Assembly (NCBI GenBank): GCA_026416065.1
Contig: JAOAFW010000296.1
Location: 1 to 29,788 of the forward strand
Direction of reading: 5' to 3'
Length of the DNA: 29,788 bases
DNA from: Fimbriimonadales bacterium
Lineage (GTDB): Bacteria > Armatimonadota > Fimbriimonadia > Fimbriimonadales > GBS-DC
Positions 1 through 8,021 of the stretch are shown one piece after another. The number at the start of each line of letters is the position of its first letter. Within the stretch, counting starts at the first letter, position 1. Both the position numbers and the translations under genes were made by a program. A model generated the notes under the pieces. That model was not told the DNA's origin. It saw only the letters and a list, made by a program, of their open reading frames with translations, and made no database searches.

Positions 1-20
1 CCCCGCCGACGAAAGCACTG

Positions 21-1046
21 TTAATACAAAACCACCACCGCCAGTCGCTCCAGAAACCCGCTGCGGGCGTTTTCGCGCAACAGTCGCTCGGCGTCCGAGT
101 GGGACAAGATGACCTCGTTGCGCCCTGCTCCCTGTGCGCCAATCGCCTTCAGCGTGAGCGGATTACCGCCGATGCGTGCTCGCAAGGCGGAGTGATCGAG
201 GTCCGATTGTGTGCGCGCCCAACCGGCGATACCGTACTCGATTACTGTCTGAGGGTCTATCTCGAGATGTCCCCACACGATATTGCCTGCGGTATCGCGG
301 ATTCGAGGCGACATACTGGGCTGAAGTCCCGATCCACGCGCATCAATCACGACGCCCGTGTAGCCTTGCAGGGAAGCAGGAGGGGGAATCACGAAGCGCG
401 GTGAATCGAGAGGCTCTGGCGTCGGCGCAGTCGACTCGCTGGGGGACTGTTTGGGAGGGTACCAGCGCAGCGTGACCTCGTAAGAGTCGCCCCAGTCGCG
501 CTCGGAGACTACCTGCGCGCCCTGAATCACGCCCTGTGCGCGGGCATTCGTATCCTCCTGCAAGCCACGTTCACTCATCCAACTGCTCGAGGTAATGCTC
601 ACGCCATACAGCTGCTCTACCAGTTGCCGTTGTGCGTCCAGAATCGCCGCACGGCGCGCCTGTATCCGTGCCTGAGCGCGCGAAGGCGCGTTCACAGGAT
701 AGGGCGCAACGCCAACCGCCTCTATCGACTCGCTGAGGAACCAATTGGGCGTGAGCCAGTCGCTACGGCTCGTTCCATAGGTAATCGGTTTGAATGTCGC
801 GGGTTGAGAGAGGTTCGACGCACGAGGTACACTCTCGGACTTGCTGTTCGTTGGCTTAGAAGCTGCCTGAACGCCAGAAATTTGCTTTCGGCTTGTCGGG
901 GCGGAAGCTTTGGCGGCAACCGACGGTGCTTGGGGCTTCTGTTTCGCAGTGGAGCGGTTCGCAAATCCCGCTTCGCCTAAACCCAGCCCTACAACGCCAC
1001 ACAGTAAAAGACCACGCGCCCAATACAACGCTTTGCGGTATCGCAT
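21..1046 (-). CDS. Secreted LPP20-family-like protein: signal peptide, low-complexity linker, 'A.R.A..DA.RQLVE' domain and C-terminal 'YTGVVIDARG..L.PSM.P.I' domain
   Basis: 341-aa ORF; AGGAGG 9 nt before the ATG at 1046; hydrophobic N-terminus; motifs recalled from LPP20-type proteins; no clear lipobox. Confidence 0.65.
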   Translation of the reverse strand: MRYRKALYWARGLLLCGVVGLGLGEAGFANRSTAKQKPQAPSVAAKASAPTSRKQISGVQAASKPTNSKSESVPRASNLSQPATFKPITYGTSRSDWLTPNWFLSESIEAVGVAPYPVNAPSRAQARIQARRAAILDAQRQLVEQLYGVSITSSSWMSERGLQEDTNARAQGVIQGAQVVSERDWGDSYEVTLRWYPPKQSPSESTAPTPEPLDSPRFVIPPPASLQGYTGVVIDARGSGLQPSMSPRIRDTAGNIVWGHLEIDPQTVIEYGIAGWARTQSDLDHSALRARIGGNPLTLKAIGAQGAGRNEVILSHSDAERLLRENARSGFLERLAVVVLY

Positions 1047-1170
1047 TGCATACTACCTCCTCGTAGTCGGTACCCTGCGAATGCAGGTATTAAATGCAAC
1101 GCACGGGGGATATTTTCGTTTCGCATATCCCCTGCAAAGCGCTGCGACCAACGCCGACAATCAATTTGCG

Positions 1171-2031
1171 ATGCAGAGGATGGATGTGGCACTGGCAGTA
1201 CTGGGGCTGGGTTTGAGTTTCGTGGGAAGTGGCGTCTTCATCCGTCTTGCCACGCCTTACCATGCCCAACGCGCCGAAACCTTGGACGCGCTCGCGGTAT
1301 ACGATAAAAAAGCGATGGCGTCGGTTGCTGGCGAGTTTCGGGGCAGCCTCGCTGGTTATCTCTGGGCAAAGACCGATGAGTACACGCACGGTGGTGTGCG
1401 CCTGCGCCCGATGACCGAACGTGAGAAGCAGCAGGGCACGGCGCACGCCGCCTGCAGCGCGGACGAGTTGCACGACCATCACGACGAGACGGGCGTGATT
1501 CCCGAACCGGAGCGCGACCCACGCTGGCTCTGGGGCGATATCGAGCGCGCCATCAAGCCCTATTTCGATGTGCGTCATCACTTCCACCGCCCGGTGCGCG
1601 AAGTGCTGCACCTCTACCGCTTCATGACGTGGGTAGATCCGACTTTTGTGCCGGGCTATCTGGTGGGGTCTCAGATGATTTTGTTTGACAACAAAAAGAA
1701 TCTCAGCCAAGCGCTGACGTTTCTGGAGGAGGGCGCACGCCAGAACCCCAAGAGCATCGCAATTTTCACCGAGCTGGGGCGGTATCACCTGTTGTACACG
1801 GGGCGTTACGACCTCAGCGAACAGTACCTGTTGAAGGCGATTGAGAACGGCACAAACTGGATGCCCTCTAACCCCTTTGAGCAAGAAGGGTTACTCCATG
1901 CCTATCGCTGGCTTGCGCTCAAGGCGTACAAGCAGGGCGAGCTGGGCAAAATGCGCACGTGGGCTTGGCGCGGCTTGCAACGCTTCCCCGATGATGGCGC
2001 GCTGCAGCAGCTAATGGAAAAGCAAGAATAG
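1171..2031 (+). CDS. Membrane-anchored TPR-containing protein of unknown function (about 286 aa)
   Basis: The track ORF from 910 overlaps the divergent gene, so the start is more likely ATG 1171 or 1180. One N-terminal hydrophobic helix (VALAVLGLGLSFVGSGVFI), a His-rich segment, and C-terminal TPR-like helices (ALTFLEEGARQNPKSIAIFTELGRYH). Confidence 0.75.
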   Translation: MQRMDVALAVLGLGLSFVGSGVFIRLATPYHAQRAETLDALAVYDKKAMASVAGEFRGSLAGYLWAKTDEYTHGGVRLRPMTEREKQQGTAHAACSADELHDHHDETGVIPEPERDPRWLWGDIERAIKPYFDVRHHFHRPVREVLHLYRFMTWVDPTFVPGYLVGSQMILFDNKKNLSQALTFLEEGARQNPKSIAIFTELGRYHLLYTGRYDLSEQYLLKAIENGTNWMPSNPFEQEGLLHAYRWLALKAYKQGELGKMRTWAWRGLQRFPDDGALQQLMEKQE

Positions 2032-2033
2032 AT

Positions 2034-3320
2034 TCAAGCGTGCTGGTGTACCATCACGCCGTTCACGAAGGTATAACGCGCCTTGCCAAGCAATTCCCAA
2101 CCCTTGAAGGGCGTGTTTTTGCTTTTTGAATGCAGATTGTCAGGGGAAACCCTCCAGTGCAGGTTTGGATCGATGACCACCACATCGGCGGATGCGCCGA
2201 TGGCAAGTGTGCCCGCGGGCAGTCTCATCAGGCGGGCGGGTGCAGTGCTAAGCAGGTTCACCATCTGCAACGGCGTAAGCGGCTGAGACAACTGGTTGTT
2301 CCAGAGCAACATACAGCCCAGCGCGGTTTCCAGCCCCACAATCCCGAACGGCGCGACGGGGAAGGGTTGCATTTTCTCAAAAGGCGCGTGCGGGGCATGG
2401 TCTGTAGCGATGCAATCAATCACACCGTCGAGTACACCTTGCGCGAGCGCGACGCGGTCGGCTTCCGCACGCAACGGCGGGTTCATCTTCGCGTCGGTAT
2501 CGAAGTCGGTGCACGCCACATCGGTCAGCAGCAGGTGGTGCGGTGAGACCTCGGTTGTAATCTGCACGCCCCGCGCCCTGAAAAAGCGTACCAGTTCCAC
2601 GCCCATCGCCGTAGAGAGATGCTGGATATGGAGGTGGCAGCCCGTCTCCTGTGCCAGTAGCGCGTTGCGGGCAATCTGCACCGTTTCAGCGGAGCTGGGC
2701 GCGCCCTTCAGCCCCAATCGTGCGCTGACCGCTCCAGCGTGCATGCTCGCGCCTTCGCTGAGTGTTTTATCCTCGCAATGCGTCACGACAGGCAGGTCGT
2801 AGGCGGCGCAGCCGAGCATCGCGCGGCGCATCGTCTCGGCAGATTGCACAGGGAAAGCGTCATCGGAGCAGGCGACGGCTCCTGCCTGCTTCAGAGCGTG
2901 ATAGTCGCAGGGCGTCTCACCGCGCATGCCCTGTGTCAGGGCGGCAACGACATACACTTTGCATGGCGATTCCTGCGCCGCACGCGATAAGATCTCACGC
3001 ACGAGCGTCGAGCTATCCAGCGGCGGGTCGGTGTTTGGCATGCAACAGACGCTGGTAAAGCCCCCCACCACCGCCGCTGCGCCCCCCGTCTGTAGCGTCT
3101 CTTTATGGCTCTGCCCCGGCTCGCGCAGGTGCACGTGGATGTCTACCAGCCCTGGCGCAACCCAGCAGTCGGTGCAGTCGATGACCATCTCCCCTGCTTC
3201 GGGCGTCAGCGATGGCGCCATCTCGGCGATCTGTCCTGCGCGAAGGCGCAGGTCGCCGCGCATGTCCAATCGCTGCGCTGGGTCGAGGATGCGTCCGTTT
3301 TTGAGAAGGTAAGCGTTCAT
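2034..3320 (-). CDS. pyrC: Dihydroorotase (type I)
   Basis: PGLVDIHVHLREPG, MPNTDPP, EVSPHHL, KMNPPLR and IATDHAPH motifs; ATGA overlap with folP. Confidence 0.95.
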   Translation of the reverse strand: MNAYLLKNGRILDPAQRLDMRGDLRLRAGQIAEMAPSLTPEAGEMVIDCTDCWVAPGLVDIHVHLREPGQSHKETLQTGGAAAVVGGFTSVCCMPNTDPPLDSSTLVREILSRAAQESPCKVYVVAALTQGMRGETPCDYHALKQAGAVACSDDAFPVQSAETMRRAMLGCAAYDLPVVTHCEDKTLSEGASMHAGAVSARLGLKGAPSSAETVQIARNALLAQETGCHLHIQHLSTAMGVELVRFFRARGVQITTEVSPHHLLLTDVACTDFDTDAKMNPPLRAEADRVALAQGVLDGVIDCIATDHAPHAPFEKMQPFPVAPFGIVGLETALGCMLLWNNQLSQPLTPLQMVNLLSTAPARLMRLPAGTLAIGASADVVVIDPNLHWRVSPDNLHSKSKNTPFKGWELLGKARYTFVNGVMVHQHA

Positions 3321-4171
3321 CGCGTTGTCCTGCAGAGTGCGTCCGCCACTTTCACCGCGCGCACGGCTTCTTTCACATCGTGCACGCGCACGATGTCCGC
3401 GCCCCAGGCGACGGCGAGGGCGAGTGTGGCAAGCGTGCCCTCCAGACGCTCTTCGGGGGGCAGCCCACCTAAGATATGCCCGACGAACGACTTGCGTGAG
3501 GTTCCAATCAGAATCGGGAAACCCAGCGTCGCCAGTTCGGGCAGCCCACGCAGCAGCAGAAGGTTATGCTCCACCGTTTTGCCGAAGCCGATGCCAGGGT
3601 CGAGCCAGATATGTTCTGGCAGCACACCTGCGTCCATGGCGCGTCGAGCGTGCGCGTACAGCGTTGCTTTCACTTCCGCCACCACATCATCATAGGTGGG
3701 GTTCAGCTGCATGGTCTGGGGCGTGCCCTGAATATGCATGAGTACAACAAGCGCATTCGCCTGGGCAATAATATCCAGCATATACGGGTCGAAGGTTGCG
3801 CCGCTGATATCGTTCACGATACACGCGCCTGCCTGCAGTGCGAGTTGCGCGACGCGGCTTTTGGTAGTATCCACCGAGACAATCGCGTCGGGGAACCGTG
3901 TGAGAAGTGTTTCGATCAGGGGAATCACCCGCCGGATTTCTTCCTCTTCCGGCACAGGCTGAGAGCCAGGGCGGGTCGACTCGCCGCCAATGTCCAGGAT
4001 ATCCGCGCCTTCGGTCAGCATCTGTTCGACGCGGGCAAGAGCAGCATTGAGCGAGGCATAGCGTCCACCGTCGTAAAAGCTGTCGGGCGTGGTGTTCAGT
4101 ACCCCCATCACCAGCGTGCGCTGCCCAAGTATCGCTTGAACCCGGTGCAGACGCTCAGTGGTAGTCGGCAT
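3317..4171 (-). CDS. folP: Dihydropteroate synthase
   Basis: MGVLNTTPDSFYDGG, DIGGESTRPG, DPGIGFGK, SRKSF and RVHDV motifs; start placed at ATG 4171 (MPTTTE) rather than 4276, which would run deep into the upstream gene. Confidence 0.95.
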   Translation of the reverse strand: MPTTTERLHRVQAILGQRTLVMGVLNTTPDSFYDGGRYASLNAALARVEQMLTEGADILDIGGESTRPGSQPVPEEEEIRRVIPLIETLLTRFPDAIVSVDTTKSRVAQLALQAGACIVNDISGATFDPYMLDIIAQANALVVLMHIQGTPQTMQLNPTYDDVVAEVKATLYAHARRAMDAGVLPEHIWLDPGIGFGKTVEHNLLLLRGLPELATLGFPILIGTSRKSFVGHILGGLPPEERLEGTLATLALAVAWGADIVRVHDVKEAVRAVKVADALCRTTR

Positions 4172-4910
4172 AGCGGCGAGGCGGTTTCGGCAGTTCGCGC
4201 AGCGCATCGGGCAAAACTTGTAGCATCTGCTCACCCACACGGCTGAAGGTGAAGCCGCGCTCACGCGCCGCGTCAACGGGGTCGCGCAGGAATTTGATTC
4301 GGAAGATAGGGTCTTCAGTCAGCAAATGCAACAGCATCTCCATCTGAACCTGGTCGAGGCGCTCCAGCTCGACAATCGCCCAGAGCATCACCTCCATCGG
4401 GGTGGAGAGGTCGAACGCCAGGTGCTCATAATCGCTAACAGCTTGGGCGTAGCGTCCGAGATTGTCCAGCAGGCGTGCGCGACGCAGTCGGTAGTGCGCT
4501 GATTGAGGTTGGAGCATCACCAACTGGTTGGCGACTTGCAGAGCGTGTTCGTAGTCCATCGACTGCCAGTAGGCATCGAGCAGATGCTCGAGAGGCGTGG
4601 GGTGATTGGGTACTTCGCGGAGCCAGCGCTGGCACTCGGAGACGGCTTCAGTGAGGCGTCCACTCTCGATAAGGAGTTCCACGAGCCGTTCGCGTATGGG
4701 GGCAGCGTCGGGATTGCAACGCAACGCGGCGCGCATGGCTTCGATTGCGCCGCTCCAGTTCTCCTGCAGACGATAGACATCAGCGAGGCGCAGGTAATAC
4801 TCCAGCGGGGCGTCTCCCGACTGGACAGCGCGTTGCAAAACCCGCACGGCTTGTTTCAATCGTCCACGCCGTACATACTCTTCCGCCTGTTGCAGGGTAG
4901 TGAGTTTCAT
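4155..4910 (-). CDS. Tetratricopeptide-repeat protein with a distinct C-terminal helical domain
   Basis: Several TPR-like A/L/Y helical repeats; GGAG 6 nt upstream of ATG 4910; TATAAT at 4945-4950 on the minus strand. Confidence 0.85.
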   Translation of the reverse strand: MKLTTLQQAEEYVRRGRLKQAVRVLQRAVQSGDAPLEYYLRLADVYRLQENWSGAIEAMRAALRCNPDAAPIRERLVELLIESGRLTEAVSECQRWLREVPNHPTPLEHLLDAYWQSMDYEHALQVANQLVMLQPQSAHYRLRRARLLDNLGRYAQAVSDYEHLAFDLSTPMEVMLWAIVELERLDQVQMEMLLHLLTEDPIFRIKFLRDPVDAARERGFTFSRVGEQMLQVLPDALRELPKPPRRYADYH

Positions 4911-4937
4911 CGCGCTCTCCACTTGCGCCCATTGCAC

Positions 4938-4950
4938 CGCCTCTATTATA
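4938..4950 (-). promoter_or_regulatory. -10 element TATAAT heading the TPR-folP-pyrC operon
   Basis: Perfect TATAAT (4950-4945) in the short intergenic gap; no good -35 seen. Confidence 0.6.
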
Positions 4951-4980
4951 ACTCAGACAGGCAGTGGACGCCGTCAGCAT

Positions 4981-7026
4981 TTATGCGGTATTTTCGAGTG
5001 CGACCACCTGATTCCTGCCACTCCGTTTGGCAATCTCGAGGGCTTCATCAGCTTTTTCCAGCACTTCTGCAGGGTCTTCGGTGCTGTTAGGATAGGCTGC
5101 GACGCCGATGCTAACGGAAATCTTGATACAGGGCTGACCTTGCGTGTTGAGATATTGCGTCTCGCGCACCGCCTGTACCACACGCTTTGCCGCTGCAACT
5201 CCGCCTTGCAGGTTCGTTGCGTGCATCAGCACCACGAACTCATCCCCTCCGTAGCGCGCGATGAACTCTGTGTTGCGCAGGGCGTCCCGGAGCGTCTCAG
5301 CCAGCTGTACCAGCAGATAGTCACCCTCCAGGTGACCGTACTGGTCGTTGACCTGCTTGAAGCCGTCGAGGTCGATAATCATAATCGCGAGTGGGTGTTG
5401 ATAGCGCTGGCATAGCCTTATTTCCTCGCGATACCGCTCCTGGAAGTGGCGATAGTTATACAATCCCGTCAGCCCGTCGGTCGTGGCGAGTCGCTCAAGG
5501 TCACTGAGGAGCTGCGCGCGTTCCAAGACATTGGTCATCTGGAACGACAGGGTTTGTAGCAACTCAAGGTCTTGTTCGTTGAAGGGGGGGGTCTCCGATC
5601 GCCCCAGCACGATTACGCCTTGCGATCGTGTACCACCCCTCAGCGGCGCAACGAGGAGACTCTTCGCCGGGGCGAATGCGGAAGACGAGTCGTGTTCACT
5701 ATCGAAGATGTATCCGCGTTGCGGGAGCGCACTCGCGTCTCCTTTGTTGAGACCGGGCAATACAGTCCGCAGGTCAGGCAGTGCGCCTATCTGAGCCGCA
5801 ATCTCTACCGAGTCGTTGCGCTTGACCAGCAGCTGAGCATGTTCGTAAGGCAGCACGGTCTTGAGCAATGTCAGCGCATGCTGAGGTAGCGACTGCAGCG
5901 TCTCTGCACAGAAGAGCAGATTCTCCATCTCATAGAGCAACTGCGTCTCTGCAAGGCGCACGCCCATCAGGCGCAGCTGCTCTGTAAGTTCCAGTAGCCC
6001 AGTCAGATAGGGCGTCAGGGCGCGTAGCCGTGTGCGTGTTTCTGGGGGAAAGCCCTGCTCGGTGCGCGTACTCAACACCACCACGCCCAGAATGCGTCCT
6101 TCTCCGACGAGCGGTTGTACAATCGCGTCGGGTCTCTCTAAGGGGATGCCGTGTGCTTCCGCGAGGCGTTCGATGCCGATTACCTCGGCACGTAGCTTGT
6201 CAGCAACCTGCTGTGGTGACGGCTCTTTTTGAAACGGCCGGATGGGCGTGAGCGAGTCCATTTGCTCCAGCCGCGCCAGCGAGCTAATCGCACATACGAC
6301 GCGCAGTTGCGCGCCCGACTCGTCAGACAGATAGAGCGCCGCACCCGTTGCACTGAACCGCGCCCGCAGACGCTCCAAAATCGCTTGATACAGTGTATTC
6401 GGTGCACGGGCTTGCTGAATCGCCTGAAGCAGTTCCGCGGCATCTTGCAGCGCTGCGAGGTGTTCTTCCAATCGATGATAGTGATGCGCCAGTTCACGAT
6501 AGTTTTCACGAATGCGACGCTCGGCGGACTCACTTTCCGAGACTGCCTGCTCGGCTTGCTGGAGCAGCGCGTCTTGCTCGAATTGCACGCGCCGTCGCCA
6601 AAGCCACCCCAGAGCGGCACCTACCACCACAACTCCCACCATCCAGCTGAGAGTCATCGGGTCTTCAGGGGTGGGATTGCCCGTTTGCAGGAACGACGCC
6701 AGATAAGTTGCACCAGCGCCCCCCACTCCCCCCAGAAACGCGCCGTGTGCGCCCGAGCGGAACAACGCATAAAGCAGGGGGATAAACAGCAGCCAGTATG
6801 CCCAAGCCGTGCCCTGAACTGACCAGAGTACTAAACTCACCAGCGAGTAATCGATGATCAATCCAAAGAGTGTTGTATCGAGCGTATGCCGACGACGCTC
6901 CAGAACGCTGGCAACCAACGCTCCTACCGTTAGTGCACCCAGACCCACCCAAGCTAACTCAGGCAGCGCCCGCAGCCAGAAATGACTGCCCAGATACAAC
7001 AGTCCAGCCGCCCTGAACACCCACAC
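4981..7026 (-). CDS. Membrane-bound diguanylate cyclase (TM helices, coiled coil, two GAF-like domains, GGDEF)
   Basis: TDGLTGLYNYR, IDLDGFKQVNDQYGHLEGD and ARYGGDEF motifs; about five hydrophobic N-terminal segments; GTG start at 7026 with AGGAG 7 nt upstream. Confidence 0.9.
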   Translation of the reverse strand: MWVFRAAGLLYLGSHFWLRALPELAWVGLGALTVGALVASVLERRRHTLDTTLFGLIIDYSLVSLVLWSVQGTAWAYWLLFIPLLYALFRSGAHGAFLGGVGGAGATYLASFLQTGNPTPEDPMTLSWMVGVVVVGAALGWLWRRRVQFEQDALLQQAEQAVSESESAERRIRENYRELAHHYHRLEEHLAALQDAAELLQAIQQARAPNTLYQAILERLRARFSATGAALYLSDESGAQLRVVCAISSLARLEQMDSLTPIRPFQKEPSPQQVADKLRAEVIGIERLAEAHGIPLERPDAIVQPLVGEGRILGVVVLSTRTEQGFPPETRTRLRALTPYLTGLLELTEQLRLMGVRLAETQLLYEMENLLFCAETLQSLPQHALTLLKTVLPYEHAQLLVKRNDSVEIAAQIGALPDLRTVLPGLNKGDASALPQRGYIFDSEHDSSSAFAPAKSLLVAPLRGGTRSQGVIVLGRSETPPFNEQDLELLQTLSFQMTNVLERAQLLSDLERLATTDGLTGLYNYRHFQERYREEIRLCQRYQHPLAIMIIDLDGFKQVNDQYGHLEGDYLLVQLAETLRDALRNTEFIARYGGDEFVVLMHATNLQGGVAAAKRVVQAVRETQYLNTQGQPCIKISVSIGVAAYPNSTEDPAEVLEKADEALEIAKRSGRNQVVALENTA

Positions 7027-7052
7027 ATCAAGTCTCCTGATAGAACAGAAAA

Positions 7053-7081
7053 AGTATACCTGATGAGAGAATCCAAAACAA
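7053..7081 (-). promoter_or_regulatory. Sigma70-type promoter of the diguanylate cyclase gene
   Basis: Minus strand reads TTGTTT (7081-7076), 17 nt, TATACT (7058-7053), then the SD and the GTG start. Confidence 0.7.
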
Positions 7082-7156
7082 GCTGACAGAACTCCAGAGC
7101 TGGAACCGTCCCTGATAATGGTTTTCAACTCAAAGAGCGAATTTTGCCCCAATCCG

Positions 7157-7197
7157 TTGTAAAAATGGCAGGAATCTTATACACTCTGTGGTATAGT
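7157..7197 (+). promoter_or_regulatory. Tandem promoter candidates for the ftsB-like gene
   Basis: TTGTAA (7157-7162), 17 nt, TACACT (7180-7185); also an extended -10 TGgTATAGT (7189-7197). Confidence 0.6.
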
Positions 7198-7218
7198 TTG
7201 GAGCAACGGAGCGGAAAC

Positions 7219-7506
7219 ATGGCGAAGACAGGGAGGTTCACTTGGAGCTGGAGCCTTGGTCTCTGGCTTGTAGTTTTGCTTTTGGCGATGAGCATTACGC
7301 CTCGCACAGTGCTGCGCTATACACAGTGGCGTCAGATGCGATTGGAGACCGCGCAGCTACAGCAGGAGCTGCTGGCACTCCGTGCGCAGGAACGCGCGCT
7401 GCAAGACGAGCTAAAGCGCGTGCAGACCGATCCGGGGCGCGAATCGCTGGCGCGCCAGCGCGGCTGGATTCGAAAAGGCGAGGAGCCGCTGCGTATTAAC
7501 CCCTAA
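7219..7506 (+). CDS. ftsB: Septum formation initiator (FtsB/DivIC family)
   Basis: 95 aa; one TM helix followed by a coiled coil and 'DP..E..AR..GW.R.GE'; GGAG before ATG 7219. Confidence 0.75.
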   Translation: MAKTGRFTWSWSLGLWLVVLLLAMSITPRTVLRYTQWRQMRLETAQLQQELLALRAQERALQDELKRVQTDPGRESLARQRGWIRKGEEPLRINP

Positions 7507-8021
7507 AACACATACGGCGCGGTTTCAGGGTTCGTCCTCAACGCCTGCCACTCGGATTCCGAGACGGGCTGAGGTTTGTCGCGCTCAGCATCAGCAGGAC
7601 ACAGGAAGCCGAACGGCTCCCCGTAAGGGTTCACCCACCGGTGGGGCGTATTCGGGGGCACATAAACGATGTCAAACGGCTGAAGCTCAAATACGCGCTC
7701 GCCCACTAACGCGCGCCCGCGCCCGCGAATCACAATCACTAAGTGTATGTGCGCGTGCTTTTCCAGGCTGGAGTAGCCGTCGGGAGCAATCTCGAAGTAG
7801 CGCAGGGCGAACTTCGCATCGATGAAGGGTGGTCGCCCCAGGCTATAGCGCGTCACGCCACGCCAGCCCAATCCGGGCGCGTCGCCCCGATGCTCTTTGT
7901 ACTCCAGCGGCAAAATCCCTTCCCACGCGAAGCGCGTCTTGTCAAACGGGATATGCAAGCGTTGTAGCGCGTGCTGCAACGCTTCTGCCGCTTGTGCAAA
8001 CGATTCCGCACTGGGTTTCAT
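7503..8021 (-). CDS. Cupin-domain protein
   Basis: SSLEKHAHIHLVIVIRGRG and DIVYVPPNTPHRW cupin His motifs; ATG 8021 overlaps the upstream TGA (ATGA). Confidence 0.85.
   Translation of the reverse strand: MKPSAESFAQAAEALQHALQRLHIPFDKTRFAWEGILPLEYKEHRGDAPGLGWRGVTRYSLGRPPFIDAKFALRYFEIAPDGYSSLEKHAHIHLVIVIRGRGRALVGERVFELQPFDIVYVPPNTPHRWVNPYGEPFGFLCPADAERDKPQPVSESEWQALRTNPETAPYVF

Noticed and set aside
7175-7184. TCTTATACAC, a 10-nt match to the Tn5 mosaic end
   Set aside because: The flanks do not match the 19-nt end, no transposase is present, and the bases are explained by a -10 element
7027-7218. Possible c-di-GMP riboswitch upstream of the diguanylate cyclase
   Set aside because: No GNRA tetraloop/receptor pair or P1 consensus recognisable, and the predicted 5' UTR is only about 20 nt
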